This document shows positions 23,072 to 33,465 of a stretch of DNA of 64,000 nt, piece after piece. This DNA comes from Fonticula alba ATCC 38817 (Eukaryota; Protista; Nucleariida). Position numbers and translations under genes: made by a program. The notes beneath the pieces were generated by a model. It worked only from the letters and a program-made list of their open reading frames with translations, did no database searches and was not told where the DNA came from. Numbering within the stretch: position 1 is the first letter of the stretch; each line of letters opens with the position of its first letter. The stretch lies in assembly GCA_000388065.2 (NCBI GenBank), contig KB932207.1; one strand, written 5' to 3'.

Positions 23072-24964
23072 ATGCGTGGTGGAGGTCGATCTGGTGGCGA
23101 TGATGGCATGATCAGCGGGGCGCGCTTCGAGTCGAACTCGTATTCCGGGTCCTCGTCCCATCACTTTGACTCCGGTGGCACCAACTACTCCGGGAGCAGT
23201 AGCAGTGCCAGTTGCTCCTGCTGCGCGGTTTCCCCGGTCAGCGCTGCGTACTGTTGCCTGGTGCGAAGATCGTCGTACGTATGACCCGGTGTCGAGGGTG
23301 TCTTTTGGCTGTGTTTGTGTGCATCTGTGTGCATCTGTGTGCATCTGTGTGCATCTGTGTGCATCCGTGTGCATCTGTGTGCATATGTGTACATCTGTCT
23401 TCCTGTGTACATATGTGTACATATGTGTTCCTGCATATCTCCTGTGCGCGGGCGGGTGGGTTTGGGAACACCCCGCACCTCCCTTTTCCTTTCCCCCGGC
23501 ACCGCTGGCCCGCCACTGACCGAGGGCTCTTTCACCTGTCGGGGCGTTCCTGCCCGGGTGCGTGCCATGCACCCGGGCGCATGGCCCTCGCTCGGCTCAA
23601 CGCACGCTTCTGCCACGCACACACACACACACACATACACCGGCGGACACACATGCACGCACGCCGACAGGACCCTGCCCCGATCGGCGCTGGTGCCGCT
23701 GGTGGTCTCCATCTCCGGCTGCTGGTGGGGCTTGCTGCTGTCGTTTGTGGCGGTTCTGGGGTGTGTCATTGCCCTGCCGCTGTACACGTCGCGATCGTGG
23801 TCCCTCCCGCCGGCGGGGACATTCAAAATCGAAGTGAACCCCCGGTTTTACAACGGGGTGACGCACCGGTCCGGCCCGGATGTCGAGATGTACTTCACGC
23901 CGGCGGCCGAGGGGTCGCCCACGCGCGTCAGCACACTGACCGGGGACATGGCCACCGAACTGCAGAGCCCCCTGGCCCTGTACTACCGCGCGGTGGAGGT
24001 CCACGTGCCGGCCGGCGGGCAGGTTGTTTCGATTTTGTCCAGCGAGGCGTCCTGCCCGCTGGACTACCTCATCATCCAGGGGACCTACAACTTCGAGGAC
24101 TGGCAGGAGGGCGAGTGGATCTCCTACGAGTATGAGGGCACCTTGGAGCCGGGGAAGCCGCTGGTGCACACGCTGACGGCCACCCGGTCGGGGTACTACT
24201 TCTTCGTGGTGTTCAATGACTCGATGGGGTCCTGCCCCCGGGCGCCGGTCTTCATGCAGCTGTCGGCGGATTTGCCGGCGTACCGGCTGTCTCCGAGCCG
24301 GCAGATGGCCCTCGGCCAGCTGGTCCCGGTGTCGGACGAGCAGCCGGGCCTGGCGTCGATCATCGTCCGGAGCATGGCCGAGGTGAGGTATTACAATGCG
24401 CAGGTGGCCTACTCCCGGCGTCCGGGGGCTTTGGATTTGTTGCTCGGCCTGGCCATCGGCCTGCCGCTGGGGCTGACGGCTGTCATTGTGGTGGTCGGCC
24501 TGGTGGTGCACTGGGTGAGGGCCCACCGGAGCCGGGTCTCGCGACGCCGGCAGAACCCGGGCGACCACGAGCTGGGTGCCGTGCTGGGGATCGGCTACCT
24601 GGAGGGCCTGTACCCGGTGTCCACGCAGCAGGGCTCCCCCTCGCCGGTGGGTCCGGCGGCGCAGGCGAAGATGCATCCGGCCGGCGGGGCGCCCGGCGCG
24701 CCGGACGAGCAGGACATGGAGTCGCCTGACTCGCCGATCGGGGTCTTTTCGTGGGAATCCCACGGCGAGGCCCATGGCGCGGCGCCCGACCGCCCGGCCG
24801 GGGAGGATCCGCCCGGCCCGGGGCATGGCGTGCCCCCGGCGGGGACGATGCCGGCCGGCTGGGCAGCCGGCGATCTGTCCCTGGGGCAGCAAATGGACGA
24901 CCCGCCGCCGCCGTACTCGCCAGAGCCGCCGCCTTCCTCGGGTGGCGACTGGTCCAAGTACTGA
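23072..24964 (+). CDS. APD1-4-like two-TM protein, paralog 1 (~498 aa), RING-less, C-terminal PPPPY...WSKY
   Basis: Exon 1 23072-23274, phase-2 intron (GTACGT...ACAG), exon 2 23671-24964. Gly/Ser-rich N-terminus with a Cys cluster (CSCC...YCC); TM1 CWWGLLLSFVAVLGCVIALPLY; domain SWSLPPAGTFKIEVNPRF...YLIIQGTYNFEDW...SGYYFFVVFN...VAYSRRP; TM2 LLLGLAIGLPLGLTAVIVVVGLVV; tail DPPPPYSPE...DWSKY*. The APD assignment is recalled motif similarity, not a search result. Confidence 0.85.
23316..23430. repeat. 10-bp TGCA-core satellite (TGTGCATCTG)n inside the paralog 1 intron
   Basis: About six tandem units, then degenerate TGTACATA variants. Confidence 0.85.
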
Positions 24965-25836
24965 AGCGCGAGTGGCACCTGTACTGACGGTGGATTGTGT
25001 TTCTTGCGCGTGTGTGTGCGCGCGCGCGCCTTCCAAGTGGGGATGGCGCGTGTGCGCGGTGCCGTTGGTGTGGCTGGTCATGCTGGGGCAGTGGTGTACG
25101 GCGGGGAGATGTGGGATGCCCTCGCTCTCCCTCTGCCTTGCTTGCACCCCCCCCCCCTCTCCCTCTGGTGGGGCTGTGAGGCGACGGGGGGCCCCGTGTC
25201 CATGTGGAGGTCGGGGGTGTGGGTGTTGCTGTTTGACCGACGGCCGGCGACAGTATCCGACTCAAGGGGGGGGGGGAGCCCTGCTGGTGGCCGGGGAGGG
25301 ACGCGTCGCCGGTCGCCGCACCAGGGTTCCTCTAGGGCGAGGAGGGCTCTCCTCCGGGGGAGGGGCGAGAAGAAGTGTGTGCGTGTGTGTGTTTGATCCG
25401 CCGCGACTGCGCACGGACCCGAGAGCCGCATGGGGCCGGGGCTCAATTGGAAGGGCCCTGCGGCGACTCGTGGGGCGACTTGTGGCAACGGGGAGTCACT
25501 CAGGGTGCCAAGTGCTGGGGCAGGGAGGAGGAAAGAAGCCGCGGGATTTTCCGGCACGAGGTGCTGACGCGCGCTTGTGTGGGCGTGCAGCCCCGTGTGC
25601 GCGCGAGTGTCTGTATGTGTCTATGTGTGTCCATGCGTGTTCATGTGTGCGTATGTGTTCATATGTGTCTCTCTCTCTCTCTCTCTCTGTTTCTGTGTGG
25701 AGTTCACCGGGTGTGCCTGCTTCAGGTCGCCTCGCACTCTGCCCCCTCCCCCGGATGAAGGGTGAGCGCCTGTGCCCTGCAAGCGAGGCAGGGAAAAGGC
25801 ACATATTCCCGTGGTGGAGCCGGGCTCCTCAAGAAA

Positions 25837-25908
25837 GGGGGCTTAGCTCAGTGGTAGAGCACTCGACTCCAGATCGAGCGGTCAGTGGTTCGATCCCTCT
25901 AGTCCCCA
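25837..25908 (+). tRNA. tRNA-Trp (CCA)
   Basis: GGGGGCT/AGTCCCC acceptor, CTCGA-CTCCAGA-TCGAG anticodon arm, TTCGATC T loop (one T-T mismatch in the T stem); TTTT downstream. Confidence 0.93.
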
Positions 25909-26020
25909 TTTCCTTTTGCCAGCCATGTTTTTTTGTGTCGCCAGCCCGGGTGCGGGAGACCTCCGGCCCGGGGCCATAATGCGGCTCGACAAAAGCATCC
26001 CCGCGTCGGGCGTTTGTCAG

Positions 26021-26102
26021 ATCACCGTGTCCGAGTGGTTAAGGAGTCCGATTAGAAATCGGATGGGCTCTGCCCGCGTAGGTTCAAATCCTGCCGGTGA
26101 TG
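26021..26102 (+). tRNA. tRNA-Ser (AGA)
   Basis: ATCACCG/CGGTGAT acceptor, G73, TCCGA-TTAGAAA-TCGGA anticodon arm, long variable arm GGGC-TCT-GCCC, TTCAAAT T loop; TTTT downstream. Confidence 0.95.
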
Positions 26103-27044
26103 CATCTTCACTTTTGCGCCGGCAAGGGTGTCTGCTTTTGGAGGCGGCCGCGTGGCACTTCCGCGGGTGTGAGAAGAGAGCACCGAGAGAGAGAGAGAGA
26201 GAGAGAGAGTGAGAGAAGCAGACCATTTGCGTGTCCGCACGGGTGTGTCTCCGGAACCGGGGAAGCCCGGCGGCGGGGCAGAGCGTGCATGTTCCTTTTC
26301 CCTGCGCCGTGGGGCCGTCTGCGGGCCCGGCACTGCTCCCGGGAGGCGGCGCCGCCCTTCTCGGCCGGTGGAGCGGGCGCGGGGGTCGAGTGCGCGGCGT
26401 TTGCGCCTGATCGGGGCGCAGCTCGGTGTGGTTGCCGGGTGGACGCCCTTCGAGCCGGGGGGGAAGTGTGGCTGGGCCGACGGAGCGCGTGTCGGGGCCG
26501 GCCGACTGGCTTGTGCGGCGTCTTCCCTTTCTGGGGGGGGGGGGAACCACGCGCCCGGGGCTGCGCAAGTGCGCGGGCGGGCCGCCTGGAGGGTGGTGTC
26601 CGCCGCTTGGACGGCCCTCGGGAGGTGGCTGCGCCGCGCGCCGCCGGCGGTGCGTTCTTGTCCTGGAGGCCGGCGCCGGCGGTGCGGCGAGTGGCCCCCC
26701 GGTGGACTGAAAGAGTTGCCCCGGGCCGCGGCCGGGCGGAGCTGCATATATGCCGGGACTCGGTTCCCCGGTCGCGGGCTGGCCGGCACCTGGGCCCCTT
26801 TTTGTGGCGGGATCTCCGGCAAGTGGCGTGTGCCGCGCGGCCGCCATCGGCCGGGTCAGCTCCTGCTGTTTGAGCTGGCGGGCTGTTCCCCCCCCCCCCC
26901 CCGGGATCTGGCCTGTGGCGCCCTCTCAGGCCCCCGCGCCCCCCCCACTTCGGGGCTGGGCGATGTGCCAGGCGCGGCCCAGTGCGTGTGGGATGCCCAG
27001 TGCGGGGGAATGTCAGCTGCCGACTCATGGCCCTTTCGTGGGCA

Positions 27045-27117
27045 TCCCATATAGTCTAGGTGGTTAGGATACGTGGCTCTCACCCACGAGACCCGGGTTC
27101 GAGTCCCGGTATGGGAA
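27045..27117 (+). tRNA. tRNA-Glu (CTC)
   Basis: TCCCATA/TATGGGA acceptor, CGTGG-CTCTCAC-CCACG anticodon arm, CCGGG-TTCGAGT-CCCGG T arm; TTTTT downstream. Confidence 0.96.
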
Positions 27118-27679
27118 CTCCCTTTTTGTCTTGTGCGTGCGAGGGGTGGGAGCGTGTACTCGTCGTCGATGCACCCGAGGAGTGGAGGGCGGGCCCTTGT
27201 GGTCGCCGGTGTCGGACTGCCGGCCCTCGGGCCGAGCGCCGCCGGAGCCGGCTCCAGCTGGAGAAAGCCCCCCCTCCCCCTTTGCCGGCGGCCCCTCCTC
27301 CTCTGGGGGGTGGGGGGGGATCGTGCCCCGGCGCGCCCTTTCAGCCGCGATTTTCCTGCAGGGGATGGTTGGCGCCTTGCTGCCTGTGGGCCCCTGGGCT
27401 CTCTCGGGCTGTGGTTGTGGCTGGGGGGTCCTGTGTGACGGGAGTCCGAATGGGGCGCGGAGGGTGGCCCCTCGGCCCTTGTCCGCGGACGATGGGGCTC
27501 TGTGCATGTGCATTGTGCGGCGCGTCGTGTGCTCGGGGGCAACTCCGTTGCCCGGGGGGGGGCCGCACGCCGGCGCGTGTAGCCGCGTGTCATCAGTGGG
27601 ATCTGCCAGCCCAGGCACCCAGTGTTCGAGCATTCCTCACTGACAAATACCCCTTGGACCTGGCGGTCTTCAGGCTTCG

Positions 27680-27750
27680 GCGTCGATGGTTTAGTGGTAG
27701 AATTGCCGCCTGCCACGCGGTAGACCCGGGTTCGATTCCCGGTCGACGCA
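27680..27750 (+). tRNA. tRNA-Gly (GCC), copy 2
   Basis: Identical to 20108-20178; TTTT downstream. Confidence 0.96.
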
Positions 27751-27854
27751 AGCCTTCTCTTTTGGCTCCCTCCGCCGGTTTGCATTTCGACCGGGCTGCT
27801 GCCCTTTTTTCTCGCTCCCAGTAGGCGGCGGGGCGCGCGGGCGTGTGTGTGTGC

Positions 27855-27905
<51 letters not shown>

Positions 27906-28448
27906 GCTACCAGAATGAGCCGGGCCCGATGTCCGGCGCGGGGCAACGCCGGGGACTGCCGGCGTGCGAATGGCGCCCGGGGATCCCCGGGCGGCAGGCG
28001 GTCGCGCGCGCCGGGCACATGGCTCCAGTGGGCCGGCCGATCGTCGAGAACGGATGAGCCCTCTTGTACGGTGCCTGCCTGGGGGTCTTCCCTTGGTGCC
28101 TTGCTTGGGCGAGGGGGGGCTGTCCGGTCTCGGCCAAAAGCGTGGCAAGAACAGCAGAAGGAGCAGAAACAGCGGGACGCTGCCCGACCTTATGTTCCCT
28201 GGATGTGGGCCTGGGCTGCCCCCCCCCCCCCCCCCCCCGGCGCGGGAGGTCTCCTTCTCGCGGGAAGCGGGAGGGCCGCCGCTCACCGGGAGGGGTCTCT
28301 CAGGAGGAGGATGCCTCGGGTGTGGCTCCTTCTGGGGGCGAGACGCGCGCCGGGCACACTGGCCTGCTCGGGGGTGGGAGCCCGAAGGCCGGGTGCCCCG
28401 GTGCCGAACGTCTAGATGGACGGCAGACGGCGGAGGGCGTAGTGACCG

Positions 28449-28522
28449 GGCCCCATAGCTCAGTTGGTTAGAGCGTCGTGCTAATAACGCGAAGGTCGTC
28501 AGTTCGATCCTGGCTGGGGCCA
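28449..28522 (+). tRNA. tRNA-Ile (AAT), copy 1
   Basis: GGCCCCA/TGGGGCC acceptor, TCGTG-CTAATAA-CGCGA anticodon arm, GTCAG-TTCGATC-CTGGC T arm; TTTT downstream. Confidence 0.96.
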
Positions 28523-29261
28523 TTTCTCTTTTGTCGCTGGGGCGGGTTTTCCCAGGTGCCCCCTGGGCGAAGAGCCGAGAGCACCGCGCCGAGGAGAGGC
28601 CGGGGGGGGGATGCACGCCGCCCGCCGGTGCCGTCGGAGGAGGGGCCGCAGAGCGCGCCCGAAGGGCGGCGGGAAAAGGGGGACGCGGGGGGCCCTGGGG
28701 CGGAGAGGCCCTCTCCCCCCCCTCGGGCTGGAGCACACGACCAGAGCGCGAGGCCGAGGCGGGACGCGTCCAGGCAGCTGCCCACGAAGCAGCGGCCCCC
28801 AGCGAGGCGTATCGGGCAGGCGCCGCGGCCGGCCCCGGCTGAGTCTCAAGCGGGGGGGGGGTGCTTTCCGCCGCGGCCGGCGGTTGCCCAGTGGGGTCAG
28901 GCGGCGTCCTGGGTCCCTCCCGCCGGGGGGGGCGGCGCAGATCGGCAAGATCCAACTCGGGGGCATTGGCTGCCCCTTTGGATGGCCCGGCTCCGAGGGC
29001 GGTCCGAGGGCGAGGAGCGGCGCCCGGACGGCCGCGGTGGCGGACACACACCCACACAGAGGGCATAAAAGCCCCCTGGTCGGCGGGGGCGACCCCGGTC
29101 GGTGGCACGTCCGGCAACGACCTCCCCCCCACGCCCCTCCCCCCTCCCCTCCTCCCCTCCACGCCTCCCCACGCCTCCCTCTCCACCTCCCCCTCCTCTT
29201 CACACCGCTCTCGCCCTCGCTCCGGCTCTCGGACCTCCCCGATCGTCTCCCACTACGAAGC

Positions 29262-29544
29262 ATGCTGGGCGGAGATCGATCCGGCGGCGATGATGGCGGC
29301 GGCATGAGCAGCGGCGTGTACGGCGGCTCGGACTCCTGCTCCGACACGTCCGGCTACTATCACACGTCGGATGGGGCGTACGAGTCCTCCTCCAGCGACT
29401 GCCGGTGCACCTGCCTCGATGTGACCCTGCCGAATGCCTTCTACTGTATGGTGGTGTCCTGGAACAGGTGGGTCCTTGGTGTGGGGGTGGTTTTTTTTCC
29501 CTGTGGTGTCCCCCCCCCCCGGGGTTCATCCTCCCTCCCTCCCT

Positions 29545-29575
<31 letters not shown>

Positions 29576-30908
29576 CCCCTGCCCCGCCTTGACCGCCCGC
29601 TGACCGACTCTCCTACTTCTTGGGCAATCCCTGTCGGGCGCTCGCGGCCCTTGGCGGGGGTTTTCCGCGGCGGGACACAGCTCCCTGCCCCGATCGCTGC
29701 TCAAGCTCAGGGTCCTCGGGATCGCGGCCTGCTGGTGGGGGCTCATCCTGTCCATTGTGGCGGCCCTGTCCTGTGTGCTCTTCCTGCCGCTGTACACGTC
29801 CAAATCGTGGTCCCTGTCGCCGGGGGGGACCTTCAAGATCGAGGTCAACCCCCGGTTCTTCGACGGGGTCACCCACCTGTCCGGGGCCGAGGCCGAGATG
29901 TACTTCACCCCGGCCGAGGAGGGCCCCCCGGGGCGCGTCAGCATGCTGACCACCGACATGGTGTCCGAGCTGCACAGCCCGTCGGCGCAGTATTATCGCG
30001 CGTTCGAGCTCCACCTGCCGGCCGGGGGCCAGGTCGCGTCGGTTCTGTCCGGGAATGTGCCCTGTCCACTGACCTACCTCATCATCCAGGGGTGGTACAA
30101 TTATGACCAGTGGCGGTACGGGGAATGGGCGCCGGTGGTGTTCCAGGCTACGCTCTTCGCCGGGCATCCGATCACACACACCCTGCTGTCGTACGAGACG
30201 GATTCCTACTTTTTCGTGGTCTTCAACAGCTCGCATGGGGCCTGCCCCACGGTGCCGCTGTTCATGCAGCTGTCGCCGGAGGTGCCGGCATACCGCCTGT
30301 CGCCGAGCCGGCGAATGGCCCTGGGCCAGGAGACGGCCGTGCCGGCCGGCCATGCTGGCATGGCGTCGGTCATCGTCCACACCAAGAGCGCGCTGCGGTA
30401 TTATGACGTGCGGCTGGGGTACTCCCGGCGCCCGGGCGAGCTGGATGTCATGCTTGGCTTGAGCATCGGCCTGCCAGCCGGGCTGGGGGCCCTGCTTGCG
30501 GTCATCTGCTGGACGGTGTTGCATGTGAAGGTGGCCCAGAGGCGGCGACTGGCCGGTGGGCCGGCCTGGCAGCAGGTGTCGCCGGATGACGGGGGCGCCG
30601 GTGCTGCCCCGACTCCGGGGTGCCCTCCGGCCGGCGGTGCGGCATACGGGCATGCCGGCCGGTCGGCGGACTTGTCGCCGGCTCCGGCCGATGGGTGGCC
30701 CGATGTGGCGCATGATCCTCTGCTGGGAGGGCTGCCGGCGGGTTTGGCGACATCCCGGCCGGGGTCGCCTGGCATGCCGGCGTATGGCGCGACGGGGCAA
30801 AGCTGGGCCTGCGACGGGGCGCCGCTGGACTTTGCCGCGGCCGAGCCCCCGCCGCCGTACTCGGCCGAGCAGTCATCCTCCTCAAATGTGGGATGGTCCA
30901 AATACTGA
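29262..30908 (+). CDS. APD1-4-like two-TM protein, paralog 2 (~477 aa), RING-less, C-terminal PPPPY...WSKY
   Basis: Exon 1 29262-29467 (MLGGDRSGGDDGG...CRCTC...FYC), phase-2 intron at the same position as in paralog 1, exon 2 29681-30908. Motifs CWWGLILSIVAALSCVLFLPLYTSKSWSLSPGGTFKIEVNPRF, YLIIQG, DSYFFVVFN, YSRRPG; TM2; tail EPPPPYSAE...GWSKY*. Confidence 0.85.
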
Positions 30909-31149
30909 CGTTCGTGGGCCCGGTGGCTGGATTCCTTTGAAATGCACCTGGCCGAGAGGTTGTCTGTGGCCTGGGAGCTGGCGGGGGGGGGGGGGGGGGT
31001 TCCCCCCTTTTACAGATGGCAGTACATTCCGGGTGCCCGCGCGCGCGCGATCGGGACCACATCTGTTTGTGAGTTGTCCCTCGCGGCCTCAAAGCGGAAA
31101 CATGGGCCTGCGAGGAGGAGGGACGCAAGGGGATGGTTCGCATAGGTGT

Positions 31150-31203
<54 letters not shown>

Positions 31204-31329
31204 CTCATCGTCGTGGCGTTGGTCGGTGCAGGGGCCGCAACCAAGTGGGGTGTGCATGAGTCTGCTTTTGTGTATGTATGTATGTGTGTGTGTATGCATG
31301 TTAATGTGTGCATGTTAATGTGTGTTTGT

Positions 31330-31590
31330 GTTTATGTGTGTGTATACCTGTATACCCGTGTAATTGTGTTCCTGTATACTTGTGTACTTATGTACCTGTG
31401 TATTTGTGCACCCGTATCCCTGTGTACCTGTGTATTTGTGCACCCGTATCCCTGCGTACCTGTGTATTTGTGCACCCGTATCCCTGTGCACCTGTGCACC
31501 TGTGCACCTGTGCACCTGTGCACCTATGCACCTGTGCACCTGTGTACTTGTGTACCTGTGCACCCGTGTCCCTGTGCACTTGTGTACCTG
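31330..31590. repeat. TGCA-core satellite (TGTGCACC-type, ~9-bp units with higher-order ~31-bp repeats)
   Basis: Tandem TGTGCACC/TGTGTACC units. The block CCTGTGTATTTGTGCACCCGTATCCCTG recurs three times. It lies between paralog 2 and tRNA-Ile copy 2. Confidence 0.85.
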
Positions 31591-32143
31591 TGTGTGTGGC
31601 CAGGTGGGCTTCGCATGCTGGCCGATCGGCCGCTTCTCCGAGCCGGCCGCGCGCCGGGCCCTCGAAGGACCTGTCTCGGGTGAAGGAGCACACCATGGCC
31701 GTGTGGCCGGGTGACGCAGAGGGCCGGGGGGCGTGGGCCTCTGGCAAGAGGTGGGCCGGACTCCCGCCTCCCGTGTTGCAGGCCCCCCCCTCCCTCCACG
31801 GCCCCGGGCCTTGCTGCGATTCCTCTCCCGATGGGGTTCGTGGCGTCGTGAGGGTCTCTCCCGTGGCGGGACGGCCCTTTGCGCCGGCCACGGCCTTTTG
31901 CCGGGACCTTTCCCCGTCGTTTGCTCTCCGGGGCTGGCGGGGCAATGTCAGCGGGCATGCGCGTGCCGGGCTCGCCCTCCGGAGCGGGGGGCTGGTGGGG
32001 GGATTGCTGCGACCGGCGCCGGGGCCGGTGCTGGGGCGAAGCTCGAGCGGCCCGGCTCCCTGGCCGCCGTGGGTGTCCCTCGGTGCAGGGCCGTCCGGAG
32101 CAGGGCGGCAGCAAAAGAGCCCCCGGGGCGTACCCGAGTCCAT

Positions 32144-32217
32144 GGCCCCATAGCTCAGTTGGTTAGAGCGTCGTGCTAATAACGCGAAGGTCGTCAGTTC
32201 GATCCTGGCTGGGGCCA
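32144..32217 (+). tRNA. tRNA-Ile (AAT), copy 2
   Basis: Identical to 28449-28522; TTTTT downstream. Confidence 0.96.
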
Positions 32218-32408
32218 GACTTGCTTTTTGCCGGGGGCTCCTCTTTCCCCGCCTCGCACGCGCCCCGGCCAGACGACCAACTGGCGAGGAGCAAGCAGCG
32301 CCCCACCTGGGCCTCCCCCCCCCCCCCTGCCCCATGGGTCTGCGAAGGGCAGTAGTTGCAGGGTGTATTTGTTGAGGCTAGGCACATCCCGGGGTGGGTG
32401 TGTGCGTG

Positions 32409-33424
32409 TCAGGGCGCGGCCTGGCACGCGGCCGCCAGGCTGGCCGCCTGGGGGCGCTGCGCCGGGTCCGAATGCCACATCGAGGGCAGCATGTCCAGGG
32501 CCCAGGCGATCAGTGGGTCGTCGAGGTCCAGAACCGGCTGGGGGCCATGGGAATCCGGCCGCTGCTGGTGGTGCAAGACCGCGGCCGCCACGGCGGCGTG
32601 GGCGAGGCCTGGACGGGGAGGGGGGGGGGGGGGGGAGAGGGAGGCATGGTGTTAGGGGGAGGCAGCTCGCTGGAGGTGGGCGCCCGGAGGGGGGACGAGG
32701 GTCGGCGCACCGTTCCATGGGTGCTGGTGCGTCAGCAGGTGCCACGCCACCGAGGCCAAGGAGTAGACATCGGCCGCCAGGTGGCTGACGGCCTGCAGGT
32801 TGACCACCGTCTGGCCGAGGTTGCTAAGAATCTGCAGGGGGCAGCGCATGGGCAAGGGTCAGGGGCGCAGGGCGAGGGGCGCAGGGCGAGGGGCGGGGCA
32901 CGCACCTCCGGCGCGGCGAAGAACACACTGCATGCGCCGGGCAGGACCGAGTCCAGGAGGGCCGACCCGCGGGACACGGCGACCGACACGCCGAAATCCG
33001 TGAACAGGGGCCGCATGCGCCCGGTCTCGGTGGACACCCCGACCAGGATGTTCTGGGACTTGATGTCGCGATGGGCCACGCCCTCGGCATGGATGAAAGC
33101 CAGCCCGGCGACTGGGGGCCGCGGATTGGGTGGTCAGCCGGGCAGGGGGGAGGGGGGGGGGGGGAGCGGGGGGGACAGGGCGAGGGTGGCAAGCGGGCGC
33201 ATTTTGGGGGGCCATCCTGTCCCCCGGGGTCGAGGAGGCCGGGGAGCGAGCGTGCGACGTACACATGCCGCGTAGCAGTGCGCGAGCGTCCTCCAAGGCC
33301 ACCGGCTCGCCGCGGTCCAGCAAGCTATTCAGGTCGGTCGGCTCGCGGCCGAGAATCAGCGCCGACGGGGCACTGGTATATCCAATCAGCCGGACGATGT
33401 TGGGCGAGGCCTGCAGGGCCCTGG

Positions 33425-33465
<41 letters not shown>

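Noticed and set aside
31308-32153. Cys-rich ORFs such as HLCTCAPV repeats (also 23315-23670 and 33325-33716)
   Set aside because: They are translations of TGCA-core satellites in introns or intergenic DNA, not metallothionein-like proteins.
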